NCBI GenBank assembly: GCA_903842795.1
Contig: CAIMNJ010000013.1
Span: 5,302-69,301, forward strand
Direction: 5' to 3'
From: an uncultured bacterium
GTDB taxonomy: Bacteria; Patescibacteriota; Microgenomatia; UBA1400; PJMF01
DNA: 64,000 nucleotides
Part shown: one piece after another, positions 39,866 to 48,057 of the stretch
How the letters are laid out: every line of letters starts with the position of its first letter
Position numbering within the stretch: the stretch's first letter is position 1
The notes under the pieces: generated by a model
The model's input: only the letters and a program-made list of their open reading frames with translations
What the model was told of the DNA's origin: nothing
Database searches by the model: none
Position numbers and translations under genes: made by a program

Positions 39866-40903
39866 TTAAGCTTGTTTTTTACGTAAAGCCATCCAATTCG
39901 AACCTACACCAGCAGCTCTTAAACCTCTGAAACGGCCAATTCGACCTTCTTTTTGACCTTCTCTAATTTCATCTGTAGAGATCCCAATAAATTCAAGATT
40001 ATATTTATCAAGTAAGTTCAACTTGATGCTAAAATCATCTACACCACTGCCATAAAGGACTAAAATGCTATTTTGTTTGGCATTTTCAGAGAAAAGCTTG
40101 AGACGGTCCTCAACTTCTTCTGGCCAAGGATAACAATACATTATGTCGGCAGTTTGCAAAGCTTGATTTATTTCAGGAGTATTTTTTTCTTTTTCTACAT
40201 GGAATTCTCCGAGTAATTGACGAATAAAGCCAGGTTGTATTCCACGTTCTTTTAATTGCTCTATTGCTTTATAAGTATGTTCAACTAAATTCTTATCTCT
40301 TTCTATTAATGTGACTGCAAATCCAAGCTGAGCCATAATTAAACCAAGAGTTCCATCTCCGCCTCCTAAATCAACCAAAGATCTCCCAAGTGAAATATTT
40401 TCTTTTGCGCAAAGGGCGATAAGTCCAGAGCCAACTGATAGTGCGTCCATAGCTTGTGTAGTTACCCATTTCTTATCTATTCGACCAGTATTTTGCAGGT
40501 GATGTAATCCGTCAGTGTGTTGATCATGTAGGGCGATAATTTCCACTAAGGCTTTTCGCTCAATCAGCTCACTTATATCTGCTCCTTCATGAATTTCTTT
40601 ACTAAGAGAATCGGTTTCTTCAATTGCAAAATCTGCACTGTGGACAGCATTAATACGGCTGTATATTTCTCCATAACTTAGATTTTCTTGCCAGCCTTCT
40701 TGTTCCATATAAGCTTTAACGAACTTATCTCTTCTTCTAATCCACTCATCAAAACCAATTGAACTAGTGTGCGCTTCACTGCTACCAATAAATTGATGCA
40801 TTGCATCCACAAAAGTAAAAGGATCAAAAGGTTTTGATATAACCAAAGCAAGTGAAGCTTCTAGGTTGCCTTGCAGGCTTGAGGCTGGTTCAATCCCAAT
40901 CAT
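39866..40903 (-). CDS. Class I SAM-dependent methyltransferase-like protein
   Basis: LVDLGGGDG motif I, VTLIERD, ADIMYCYPWP; start uncertain. Confidence 0.75.
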   Translation of the reverse strand: MIGIEPASSLQGNLEASLALVISKPFDPFTFVDAMHQFIGSSEAHTSSIGFDEWIRRRDKFVKAYMEQEGWQENLSYGEIYSRINAVHSADFAIEETDSLSKEIHEGADISELIERKALVEIIALHDQHTDGLHHLQNTGRIDKKWVTTQAMDALSVGSGLIALCAKENISLGRSLVDLGGGDGTLGLIMAQLGFAVTLIERDKNLVEHTYKAIEQLKERGIQPGFIRQLLGEFHVEKEKNTPEINQALQTADIMYCYPWPEEVEDRLKLFSENAKQNSILVLYGSGVDDFSIKLNLLDKYNLEFIGISTDEIREGQKEGRIGRFRGLRAAGVGSNWMALRKKQA

Positions 40904-40949
40904 ATTTTTATTAAACACCAAAATAGGTATAATGTCTTTAAAGGAACAT

Positions 40950-41216
40950 ATGAAAAAAGATAAAATGTCTACAGAATGTTGTCATGAAGATAGTTGTTGT
41001 CATGAAGAGATGAGTTGTAAACCTCATCATCATGGTCATGGTGGTCACTGCGGTGGTGGTCAGTCCAACGCAATCTATGGTCTTGGTGTGGTGGGAGCTC
41101 TATTTTATTTTCTCAAAGGTGCTAGTACTTTTGCTTTGGTGATCACTGGTATTGGTAAAGCTATTTTTTGGCCAGCAATTTTGATGTTTAAGTTGCTAAC
41201 TTATTTAAATATTTAA
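40950..41216 (+). CDS. Small membrane protein with Cys/His-rich N-terminus
   Basis: CCHEDSCCHEEMSCKPHHHGHGGHC then YGLG..GAL.YF..KAIFWPA; ATG after AAGGA. Confidence 0.8.
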   Translation: MKKDKMSTECCHEDSCCHEEMSCKPHHHGHGGHCGGGQSNAIYGLGVVGALFYFLKGASTFALVITGIGKAIFWPAILMFKLLTYLNI

Positions 41217-41235
41217 TTTTTAGGATACTAAAATT

Positions 41236-41652
41236 ATGTCAGAAAAAAATGTTCTTCAATGGGATGAAAAATATAGTGTTGGAGTCAGAATTATTGACGA
41301 TCAACACAAGCAATTATTTGAAACAATTAATTCTTTAATCCAAATTCTAGACAATAATCCAAGCAAACAACAATTAGATGAAATAATTCAGAAATTGCTT
41401 GTTTATAAAAAAAATCACTTTATTACTGAAGAAAAACTCTTTGAACAATTTAATTATGAACTCAAAGATGAGCACCATGCTAGACACATGGAGTTTAATA
41501 CTAAATTGAATTCAATGTTGGCTGAATGCGGTGAAGATTCTATGCTTTTGGCTTTTAAACTAGTTGATTTCCTAGAAGATTGGCTAATTGAGCATCTAAT
41601 GACAGAAGATCAAAAATATGTAGAATGTTTCCGCCAGCATGGTGTGAAGTAG
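41236..41652 (+). CDS. Bacteriohemerythrin
   Basis: W...YSVG..IIDDQHKQL, HFITEE, HHARH, WLIEHLMTED. Confidence 0.95.
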   Translation: MSEKNVLQWDEKYSVGVRIIDDQHKQLFETINSLIQILDNNPSKQQLDEIIQKLLVYKKNHFITEEKLFEQFNYELKDEHHARHMEFNTKLNSMLAECGEDSMLLAFKLVDFLEDWLIEHLMTEDQKYVECFRQHGVK

Positions 41653-41665
41653 TTTAGACTAATTT

Positions 41666-41900
41666 TAGTCCTATAATATTGACATTTTGGCCTATTTTTG
41701 CTATAATTTTTCAGTTTGTTTCAGATGTGTCAGCAATTGCTGCTTTCTATATTTGTTCAAACGTTTTGCACTTTAAAATATTTCAATCTTTTTTTCTCAT
41801 CCAATTTGAGTGTGGAAATAAGATGGTTATGCCATTTTATTCCCACGCTCAGAGATTCGTTTCTTTGAGTTAGAGTGGGTATACCATTTTTAGAAAAGGA
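41666..41900 (+). promoter_or_regulatory. Unit D promoter, boxA-like motif, leader hairpin and SD
   Basis: TAGTCCTATAA (41666-76), TTGACA (41679-84), 17 bp, TATAAT (41702-07); TGCACTTTAAAATA (41767-80); hairpin 41807-41851; AAGGA 41896-900. Confidence 0.78.
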
Positions 41901-41908
41901 AACGTAAG

Positions 41909-42349
41909 ATGAAAAAAACCACGATTCAAAGCTTTACCCAAAAACAGCTCCAAAATGTCCTGTTTTATGGCTCTCTTTCCATGATGGGGCTTTCGCTGTT
42001 TGAACCCACCAGCTGGGCAATGTTTGCCGGCTTGGTGCTGTTCGCGCCGTTTGGACTTGGCTATCTGTGGGCGGCCTTCGTTGACCGCATGGATGATAGC
42101 GCGGAATACAAGATCGAACTTACCAAGAAGGCTCACTTCGGCATCGGCTTCGCCTTTGCTGTGGCAGTCGGAATGGTTTGGTCGGTTGTTGGCACTCGCG
42201 TGCCTGTTTTTCCGCTCAATCCAGTGACCAACACTCTTTTCATGTTGGTTGCTCCCAAGGCAGCGTTTTTGCTTTGGGCTTTTGCCTTGTCCGCTTTCGG
42301 CTATTGGCGAGCCTGGAAGACCATTGTTCCCAACACTGGTCGTCACTAG
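41909..42349 (+). CDS. Orphan multi-TM membrane protein (unit D, gene 1)
   Basis: About 4 hydrophobic segments, GC-rich (32/60 in line 42061 by hand count). Confidence 0.8.
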   Translation: MKKTTIQSFTQKQLQNVLFYGSLSMMGLSLFEPTSWAMFAGLVLFAPFGLGYLWAAFVDRMDDSAEYKIELTKKAHFGIGFAFAVAVGMVWSVVGTRVPVFPLNPVTNTLFMLVAPKAAFLLWAFALSAFGYWRAWKTIVPNTGRH

Positions 42350-42358
42350 GAGAATCTG

Positions 42359-42730
42359 ATGTCCTATCGATCTTCTGATGACGGTTCGCTTTACGCCAAG
42401 ATCGTTATGTTGGTGCTGGCCCTGATCTTTGCCATTTGGTTCTACTCGGCTTCTGAGTCAGGCAGTGGCTGGATTAATAGCAAGTGGTCTGAAACACGGA
42501 CTTCTTGTAGCGATGGGGATTGCTCCACAACGATCACCTATTACATCCAGCTGAAAGATAGCAGGGTGTATACGGTCTTTTGGGGAACCGCACATTGGGA
42601 TGGAATGCTGGAGAACAGCGAAATTTCCTTCTTTGCGCGCGGTCGTCGAATTGGTTTCTTCTCATGGCGTTGGATGGTGCCTGCCATTTTCAATTGGCAA
42701 CAACTTTCACCGCCGCCAGGCAATGGATAG
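42359..42730 (+). CDS. Orphan single-TM protein with extracellular beta-rich domain (unit D, gene 2)
   Basis: AGGAG SD, N-terminal TM, CSDGDC pair. Confidence 0.8.
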   Translation: MSYRSSDDGSLYAKIVMLVLALIFAIWFYSASESGSGWINSKWSETRTSCSDGDCSTTITYYIQLKDSRVYTVFWGTAHWDGMLENSEISFFARGRRIGFFSWRWMVPAIFNWQQLSPPPGNG

Positions 42731-42758
42731 GAAAGGAGTTGGAATATTTGTAAGTGTT

Positions 42759-42791
42759 ATAGGGCGCCCGCGAGGGCGCCCTATTTCGTTT
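42759..42791 (+). terminator. Terminator of unit D (probably shared with convergent mscL)
   Basis: ATAGGGCGCCC-GCGA-GGGCGCCCTAT followed by TTCGTTT. Confidence 0.8.
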
Positions 42792-43125
42792 ATCGAATAT
42801 TTGGTTTATTTTTTACCACCTTCTTTTTTGGTAATTTTTCCATAAGTTTATTCATTGGTAAAACGACCAAGAAATATATGGTGGCGGAAATTGTTAGGAA
42901 AGAAAATAGAACATTCAGGAAATCGCCAATCATAAACTTACTATTATTGATGGTAAAAAAGATTCCAGAAAAATCTGGCGAACCGCTGACGGCAGCAATT
43001 AGCGGTGTAATTAAGTCTTTGACTAAAGCGTTGACAACATTGCCAAAAGCAACACCCATGACCACGCCGACCGCCATTTCTATAATATTGCCTTTGAGAA
43101 TAAATTTTTTAAAACCTTCCATCAT
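42790..43125 (-). CDS. mscL: Large-conductance mechanosensitive channel
   Basis: FKKFILKGNIIEMAVGVVMGVAF..VV..LVKDLITP, GDFLN..F.FL....IYF.VV.PMNKL. Confidence 0.95.
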   Translation of the reverse strand: MMEGFKKFILKGNIIEMAVGVVMGVAFGNVVNALVKDLITPLIAAVSGSPDFSGIFFTINNSKFMIGDFLNVLFSFLTISATIYFLVVLPMNKLMEKLPKKKVVKNKPNIR

Positions 43126-43408
43126 TTTTTTCCTTTTTATTTTTGTTAAGATTTTTTATTTCATTTTTTAAAGCTTGGTAGCGAGTTTTACCAAATAGGA
43201 AAAATCCTACGCCAATAATAATTAGACCCCAACCGCCAAGTAAAACATAAATGCCATCTTTTATGAATCTAAGAGTACCTGCTCCAGCAATAATAAAAGC
43301 AATACCTGTTCTAATGTAAGACAATAAAGTTCTTTCGTTGGACATAATTGTGCGAGTGAGGGCTAGAGCATCGCGCAAAGCTGTTGGAGAAGAATTTTCT
43401 TTTTTCAT
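43109..43408 (-). CDS. DUF202/YidH family membrane protein
   Basis: LRD.LAL.RT.MSNERTLLSYIRTG; start placed at ATG 43408, 6 nt after TG-C-TATACT. Confidence 0.88.
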   Translation of the reverse strand: MKKENSSPTALRDALALTRTIMSNERTLLSYIRTGIAFIIAGAGTLRFIKDGIYVLLGGWGLIIIGVGFFLFGKTRYQALKNEIKNLNKNKKEKNDGRF

Positions 43409-43481
43409 TTTTTCAGTATAGCATTTACTTTTCTTATCAGGAGTTGGCTTTTTTGCTTGCAAATGTGTATACTGAAGATAT

Positions 43482-44450
43482 ATGAAGAAGAAATCTGCCC
43501 GTCTTCGTGTCTCTAAAAAATCCAAAAGTTCAAAAAAGAATCGTTTTAATTGGTCACTAAGTTTTGGTAATTTAGTTGCTGTTTTTTCCTTAATAGCCGT
43601 TATAACTTCATTTTTTTTGGTTAAATTTGTTTTTGCTAAGAGTGCTGACATTGTTTTATCAACCCCAAAAAATAGCTCGCCAACTAACAATGCAGCTTTA
43701 GATACTTATAATTTTCAATATTCTTGGACAGCTGTTGGCAGTTCTTTCCCGGTGACTTATTTTTTTGAAATCTCCAATCATCCAGATACTAATTTAAGCG
43801 GTGAGTTTAAAGAACCAATCGGTGGTTTATCTCCTTCCTTGAGAAATTTATCGACCAATAGTGTTGATAATATGATTGATTTAGATGGTGTTTATTATTG
43901 GCATGTTAAAGCTTTGTCAAACGATGTTGTCCCTAGTTTGTGGAGTAATACAACTAAGGTTAGTTTGAGTACGAGGCCACCAAAACCTGTTAATTTTGCA
44001 CCAAACAACAATTCTGTTTTGAATTTTAATACCTGCAATGATTTCTACAATCTAAAATTTTCTTGGCAAGATCTTACAAGTCTGAATACTCCAGTTAGTT
44101 ATACTCTTGAGTTTTCAATGTTTCCAGAAATTTATGATCCGGCAACCAGCAGAGACTGTCAGCCTGGAGAAAGTCCAGCAATTGAAGGATGTTATTTGCC
44201 TGGTACTCCTAAACCTGTTGTTGGCAGTTTCAAGGATGTTTCTATAACCATGAGTGGCTTAGAGAATCATATTATAAACAGTCCGTTGCAATTGGGTGGT
44301 GATTACTATTGGCATGTTAGAACAGTATATAAAGATTTAACCAGATCACACAACTCTAGTGAATGGAGTGACGCTTACAAGTTGACCATAAATCCAGGAT
44401 TTGATCCTCAGAGTTGCTTTGTGACTCCAACGCCAACGTTACCAATTTAA
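43482..44450 (+). CDS. Secreted/anchored protein with two FN3-like repeats
   Basis: Basic N-terminus + TM; two F..SW / YYWHV / WS repeats. Confidence 0.75.
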   Translation: MKKKSARLRVSKKSKSSKKNRFNWSLSFGNLVAVFSLIAVITSFFLVKFVFAKSADIVLSTPKNSSPTNNAALDTYNFQYSWTAVGSSFPVTYFFEISNHPDTNLSGEFKEPIGGLSPSLRNLSTNSVDNMIDLDGVYYWHVKALSNDVVPSLWSNTTKVSLSTRPPKPVNFAPNNNSVLNFNTCNDFYNLKFSWQDLTSLNTPVSYTLEFSMFPEIYDPATSRDCQPGESPAIEGCYLPGTPKPVVGSFKDVSITMSGLENHIINSPLQLGGDYYWHVRTVYKDLTRSHNSSEWSDAYKLTINPGFDPQSCFVTPTPTLPI

Positions 44451-44451
44451 C

Positions 44452-45735
44452 TCACCTAGCAAAAGTCACCAACATTGCTATTGCCGCTAGGCCCATGCCA
44501 AACATGGTGGTCCAGACTAGCGATCTAGACAATAAACCACTTTTGTGTTGACCCATTATTTTTTCATCTTGAGCTATTTTAGCGATCAAAAACAAGAGTG
44601 GCACAGCTACAACACCATTAATAACAGCAGTGAAGACGAGAGCTTTGACTGGATCAATACCGATGAAATTAATCATTAATCCAACCAAAGTAGCAATGAC
44701 AATAACTCCATAAAAACCATGAGCTTTTTTTAATTTAAGACTAAAGCCCTCTTTCCACTCCAAAGCTTCAGAAATTGCATATGAGGCTGATCCAGATAAA
44801 ACTGGTACTGATAAAAGTCCAAGCCCGACCACGCCAATAGAAAATAAAATTTTGGCCAAATATCCAGCATTAGGAAAACTTTTTACTAATGGTTCGAGTG
44901 CACTGGCTGCTTGAGCAGAAGTTTCTATATTGGTTATACCATTTTGGTGTAAAACAGTTGCTGCCACTACAATAATTGACCAGGTAACGATTTCAGAAAA
45001 AAGCATACCAATAAAGGTGTCAATTCTAATGTTGCGAATAAATTTAGTTGTTAATGCTGGCATGCCATTAATTCTTTTTATTCTTCTTTCTTTTTCTTCC
45101 TCAACTTCTTCAGAAGCTTGCCAAAAGAACATGTAAGGAGAAATAGTGGTGCCAAGCACACCGGTAATGATAAATAAGAAAGCAAAAGAAAATTCAAAAT
45201 GAGGTACGAAGGTGCTTCTCAAAATTGTAGACCAAGGTTGTTGCACTAAGAAAATGGTTAAAGGATATGAGATCAAGGCCAAAGCTAACCATTTCAAAAT
45301 ATTGGCATAAACTTTATAGCTGGTAAAAATTTCTAAGACCAAAATTAAGACAGTAAAAGCCAGACATAAAATTGTAAAATCAATAGGAATAACTAATTGT
45401 GTGGCGGCGGCCATCGCTCCCAAATCAGCCCCAATATTGATCGTGTTAGCAATCAAGACCAGTAAACAAACCGCATATACAATTTTTTTTGAATAATGCT
45501 CTTTGATGACTGCGACTAAGCCTTTGCCGTTAACTGCTCCAATACGGGCGCAAGCTTCTTGTACTGCTGTTTGGAATGGCAGCATAAATAAAGCTGTCCA
45601 TAATTGGCCATAACCAAATTGCGCACCAGTTTGGGAATAGGTAGCAATTCCAGATGGATCATCATCAGCAGCACCAGTAATTAATCCTGGGCCTAAAATT
45701 TTTAGAATTTTTTTGAATTTATTATTTTTGTTCAC
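44452..45735 (-). CDS. NRAMP-family divalent metal transporter
   Basis: GPGLITGAADDDPSGIATYSQ.GA.FG, GTTISPYMFFWQ. Confidence 0.9.
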   Translation of the reverse strand: MNKNNKFKKILKILGPGLITGAADDDPSGIATYSQTGAQFGYGQLWTALFMLPFQTAVQEACARIGAVNGKGLVAVIKEHYSKKIVYAVCLLVLIANTINIGADLGAMAAATQLVIPIDFTILCLAFTVLILVLEIFTSYKVYANILKWLALALISYPLTIFLVQQPWSTILRSTFVPHFEFSFAFLFIITGVLGTTISPYMFFWQASEEVEEEKERRIKRINGMPALTTKFIRNIRIDTFIGMLFSEIVTWSIIVVAATVLHQNGITNIETSAQAASALEPLVKSFPNAGYLAKILFSIGVVGLGLLSVPVLSGSASYAISEALEWKEGFSLKLKKAHGFYGVIVIATLVGLMINFIGIDPVKALVFTAVINGVVAVPLLFLIAKIAQDEKIMGQHKSGLLSRSLVWTTMFGMGLAAIAMLVTFAR

Positions 45736-45799
45736 AAAATTATTATGCCGTAAAAGGAATTTAATTGACAGTCTTGTTGAATGAGTCTAGTATTTATTC

Positions 45800-46234
45800 A
45801 TGATTAACCCACAAGATTTAGTTTCCAAAATGAAGACTCAACATAGCGCTTTACAAAAGGATCTAGCTTTAGCTATGGACTTAGCGAGTCAAGAATTGCC
45901 AAATTTAGGTGAAAAAATTTTGCTTAGCTTAACACAATTTAAAAGAGATCTTTTAGAGCATTTAGATTTGGAGAATGGTGAGTTTTATCCAGATTATCTT
46001 TCAAGACAAGATAAAAGAGGTGTTGATTTACGTAGTACAAAAGAATTTATAAAAGAGATGGATGACATTGGAGTGGTTGTGATGGGATTTTTGGACAAAT
46101 ATAGTAAGTCGGAAGCAATTAAAAATAATTTAAATACTTTCAAAACAGAGCTAAACGAGATTATTGGAGTTTTGAATACGAGAATCGAAACAGAAGAAGA
46201 GGGTCTTTTTGATTTGTATTTAATTATTAGTTAA
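45800..46234 (+). CDS. Hemerythrin-like (HHE) domain protein
   Basis: QH...L, HLDLEN..FYP, RIETEE..LF; preceded by TTGACA-17-TAGTAT. Confidence 0.75.
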   Translation: MINPQDLVSKMKTQHSALQKDLALAMDLASQELPNLGEKILLSLTQFKRDLLEHLDLENGEFYPDYLSRQDKRGVDLRSTKEFIKEMDDIGVVVMGFLDKYSKSEAIKNNLNTFKTELNEIIGVLNTRIETEEEGLFDLYLIIS

Positions 46235-46240
46235 TTAAAC

Positions 46241-47056
46241 ATGAATTTAAATTACACAACTTTTTTAACAGATGTTCTAACTAAAGCTAGCTTGGTTGCA
46301 CATAATAATTTTGGTAAGGTTGTTGGTGAAATCAAAGAAAATAATCCAAACCAAATTCTAACAGAGACTGATTTAGAAATTGGCAAATTAATTATTGAAG
46401 CAATTAAAACAAATTATCCGAGACACAATATTATTGATGAGGAAGCCGGTGTTATTAATCTTGGTTCTCAATACACCTTTGTAGTTGATCCAATTGATGG
46501 CACCAGCAATTTTGCCAAAGGTGTTGCTGCCTATGGCATCATGATTGGTCTTTTAGATGGAGGAATGCCTATTGCTGCTGGGATTTCTTTGCCTGAATTT
46601 TCACAAATTTATACTGCAGAAAAAGATCATGGTGCTTTTTGTAATGGCCAACCTATTCATGTTTCTAGTGAACAATCACTTATTAATTCTTTAGTTGCTT
46701 ATGGCATTGATGGCCACAAAGAAAATCCACAAAAAACGCAAAAAGAATGTTTACTTCTTAGTGAAATTGTTCTTAATATTCGCAATTTACGTGCTAGTAA
46801 TAGTGTTTTAGATTTTGCTTTAGTGGCGTGTGGTCAGTATGAAGCCTATCTCAACCAATCTAGTAAAATTTGGGATAATGTCGCTGCTCAATTGATCATT
46901 GAAGAGGCTGGTGGAGTTTATACTGATTTTTTTGGTCAAAAAATTGATTATTCCAATCCTTTGCAGAGAGCAGCTCAGAATTTTACTTATTGTGCTGCCT
47001 CGCCAGTCATTCATCAACAATTACAAGATATAATTAGGCGTAATTTCAAAATATAG
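46241..47056 (+). CDS. Inositol monophosphatase family protein
   Basis: TETD, DEE, VDPIDGTSNF, WD.VAA.LIIEEAGG. Confidence 0.93.
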   Translation: MNLNYTTFLTDVLTKASLVAHNNFGKVVGEIKENNPNQILTETDLEIGKLIIEAIKTNYPRHNIIDEEAGVINLGSQYTFVVDPIDGTSNFAKGVAAYGIMIGLLDGGMPIAAGISLPEFSQIYTAEKDHGAFCNGQPIHVSSEQSLINSLVAYGIDGHKENPQKTQKECLLLSEIVLNIRNLRASNSVLDFALVACGQYEAYLNQSSKIWDNVAAQLIIEEAGGVYTDFFGQKIDYSNPLQRAAQNFTYCAASPVIHQQLQDIIRRNFKI

Positions 47057-47096
47057 TTGCTGGTTTCTTTGTTGATCTATATAATCCATAAGCTAT

Positions 47097-47735
47097 ATGC
47101 AACTTTTATCTTTTCTTGTTGATTTTATTTTGCACATTGATGTTCATCTTGGGCAAATTATTTCTGCCTATGGTTTTCTAACATATGCAGTTTTGTTTGT
47201 AGTGATTTTCATTGAAACAGGTTTGGTTTTTATGCCATTTTTACCTGGAGATTCTTTACTTTTTGCTGCTGGTGCTTTTGCAGCTTTAGGATCGCTTAAT
47301 ATTTGGTTATTGTGGATTTTACTTGTTTTGGCTGCTGTGCTTGGAGATACTGCCAATTATTGGATCGGTCATTTTTTTGGTCAGCAATTGATTGATAATC
47401 CCAGAATGCCAATCAAAGCAGCCCATATCGAAGAAACCAACAAATTCTTCGAGAAGCATGGTGGCAAAACTATTATTATGGCACGCTTTGTGCCGATTGT
47501 ACGCACTTTTGCCCCTTTTGTAGCAGGCATTGGCAAGATGAGTTATAAGAAATTTATTTCTTATAATTTAATTGGTGGTTTGGCTTGGGTAACTATTGCT
47601 CTTTTTGCTGGCTTTTTCTTTGGTAATATTCCATACGTCAAAGAAAACTTTTCGCTAATTATTTTACTTATTATTCTAATTTCTGTGGTGCCAATGTTAG
47701 TGCCAGTTATCAGTAACAAACTTAAGAAAAAATAA
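47097..47735 (+). CDS. dedA: DedA family membrane protein
   Basis: FIETGLVFMPFLPGDSLLFAAG, GD..NYWIG, ARFVPIVRTFAPFVAG. Confidence 0.95.
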   Translation: MQLLSFLVDFILHIDVHLGQIISAYGFLTYAVLFVVIFIETGLVFMPFLPGDSLLFAAGAFAALGSLNIWLLWILLVLAAVLGDTANYWIGHFFGQQLIDNPRMPIKAAHIEETNKFFEKHGGKTIIMARFVPIVRTFAPFVAGIGKMSYKKFISYNLIGGLAWVTIALFAGFFFGNIPYVKENFSLIILLIILISVVPMLVPVISNKLKKK

Positions 47736-47739
47736 TTTT

Positions 47740-48027
47740 ATGTCCAAAGAAGAGGACGATCGCAAACGCGATGCTTCGATTCATTTTTCTACTCCAGGTC
47801 ATTGGTGGAGTGGTTATGGTGAGCGAAACAGATCTAAAGATGCAGAAATTGATCCAGGTACGCTTAATTTAAATGATATCCAAGATTTCTTGCAATTTCT
47901 TGCAGCCATCAACCGAGGTGAGCAGAAGTCTATAAATTTCTTAAGTAGAATGCCTGCAAAAAGAATTAGTCAGCTCAAAGCTACTCATGAAGCTCTTGGT
48001 GCCCAACTCTTAGCTCTTGGTGAATAA
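47740..48027 (+). CDS. Small hypothetical protein
   Basis: 95-aa ORF filling the gap between dedA and the ATPase gene. Confidence 0.6.
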   Translation: MSKEEDDRKRDASIHFSTPGHWWSGYGERNRSKDAEIDPGTLNLNDIQDFLQFLAAINRGEQKSINFLSRMPAKRISQLKATHEALGAQLLALGE

Positions 48028-48057
48028 AGCCTTCCAAACTTATGATATTATGAATAG

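Noticed and set aside
41666-41693. Complete dif/pdif site
   Set aside because: Only a XerC-like half is present; no TTAT-starting second arm after a 6-bp spacer here or at 35356 and 50623.
43409-43690. N-terminal extension of the DUF202 ORF
   Set aside because: Overlaps the divergent gene at 43482; family similarity and the -10 position support a start at 43408.
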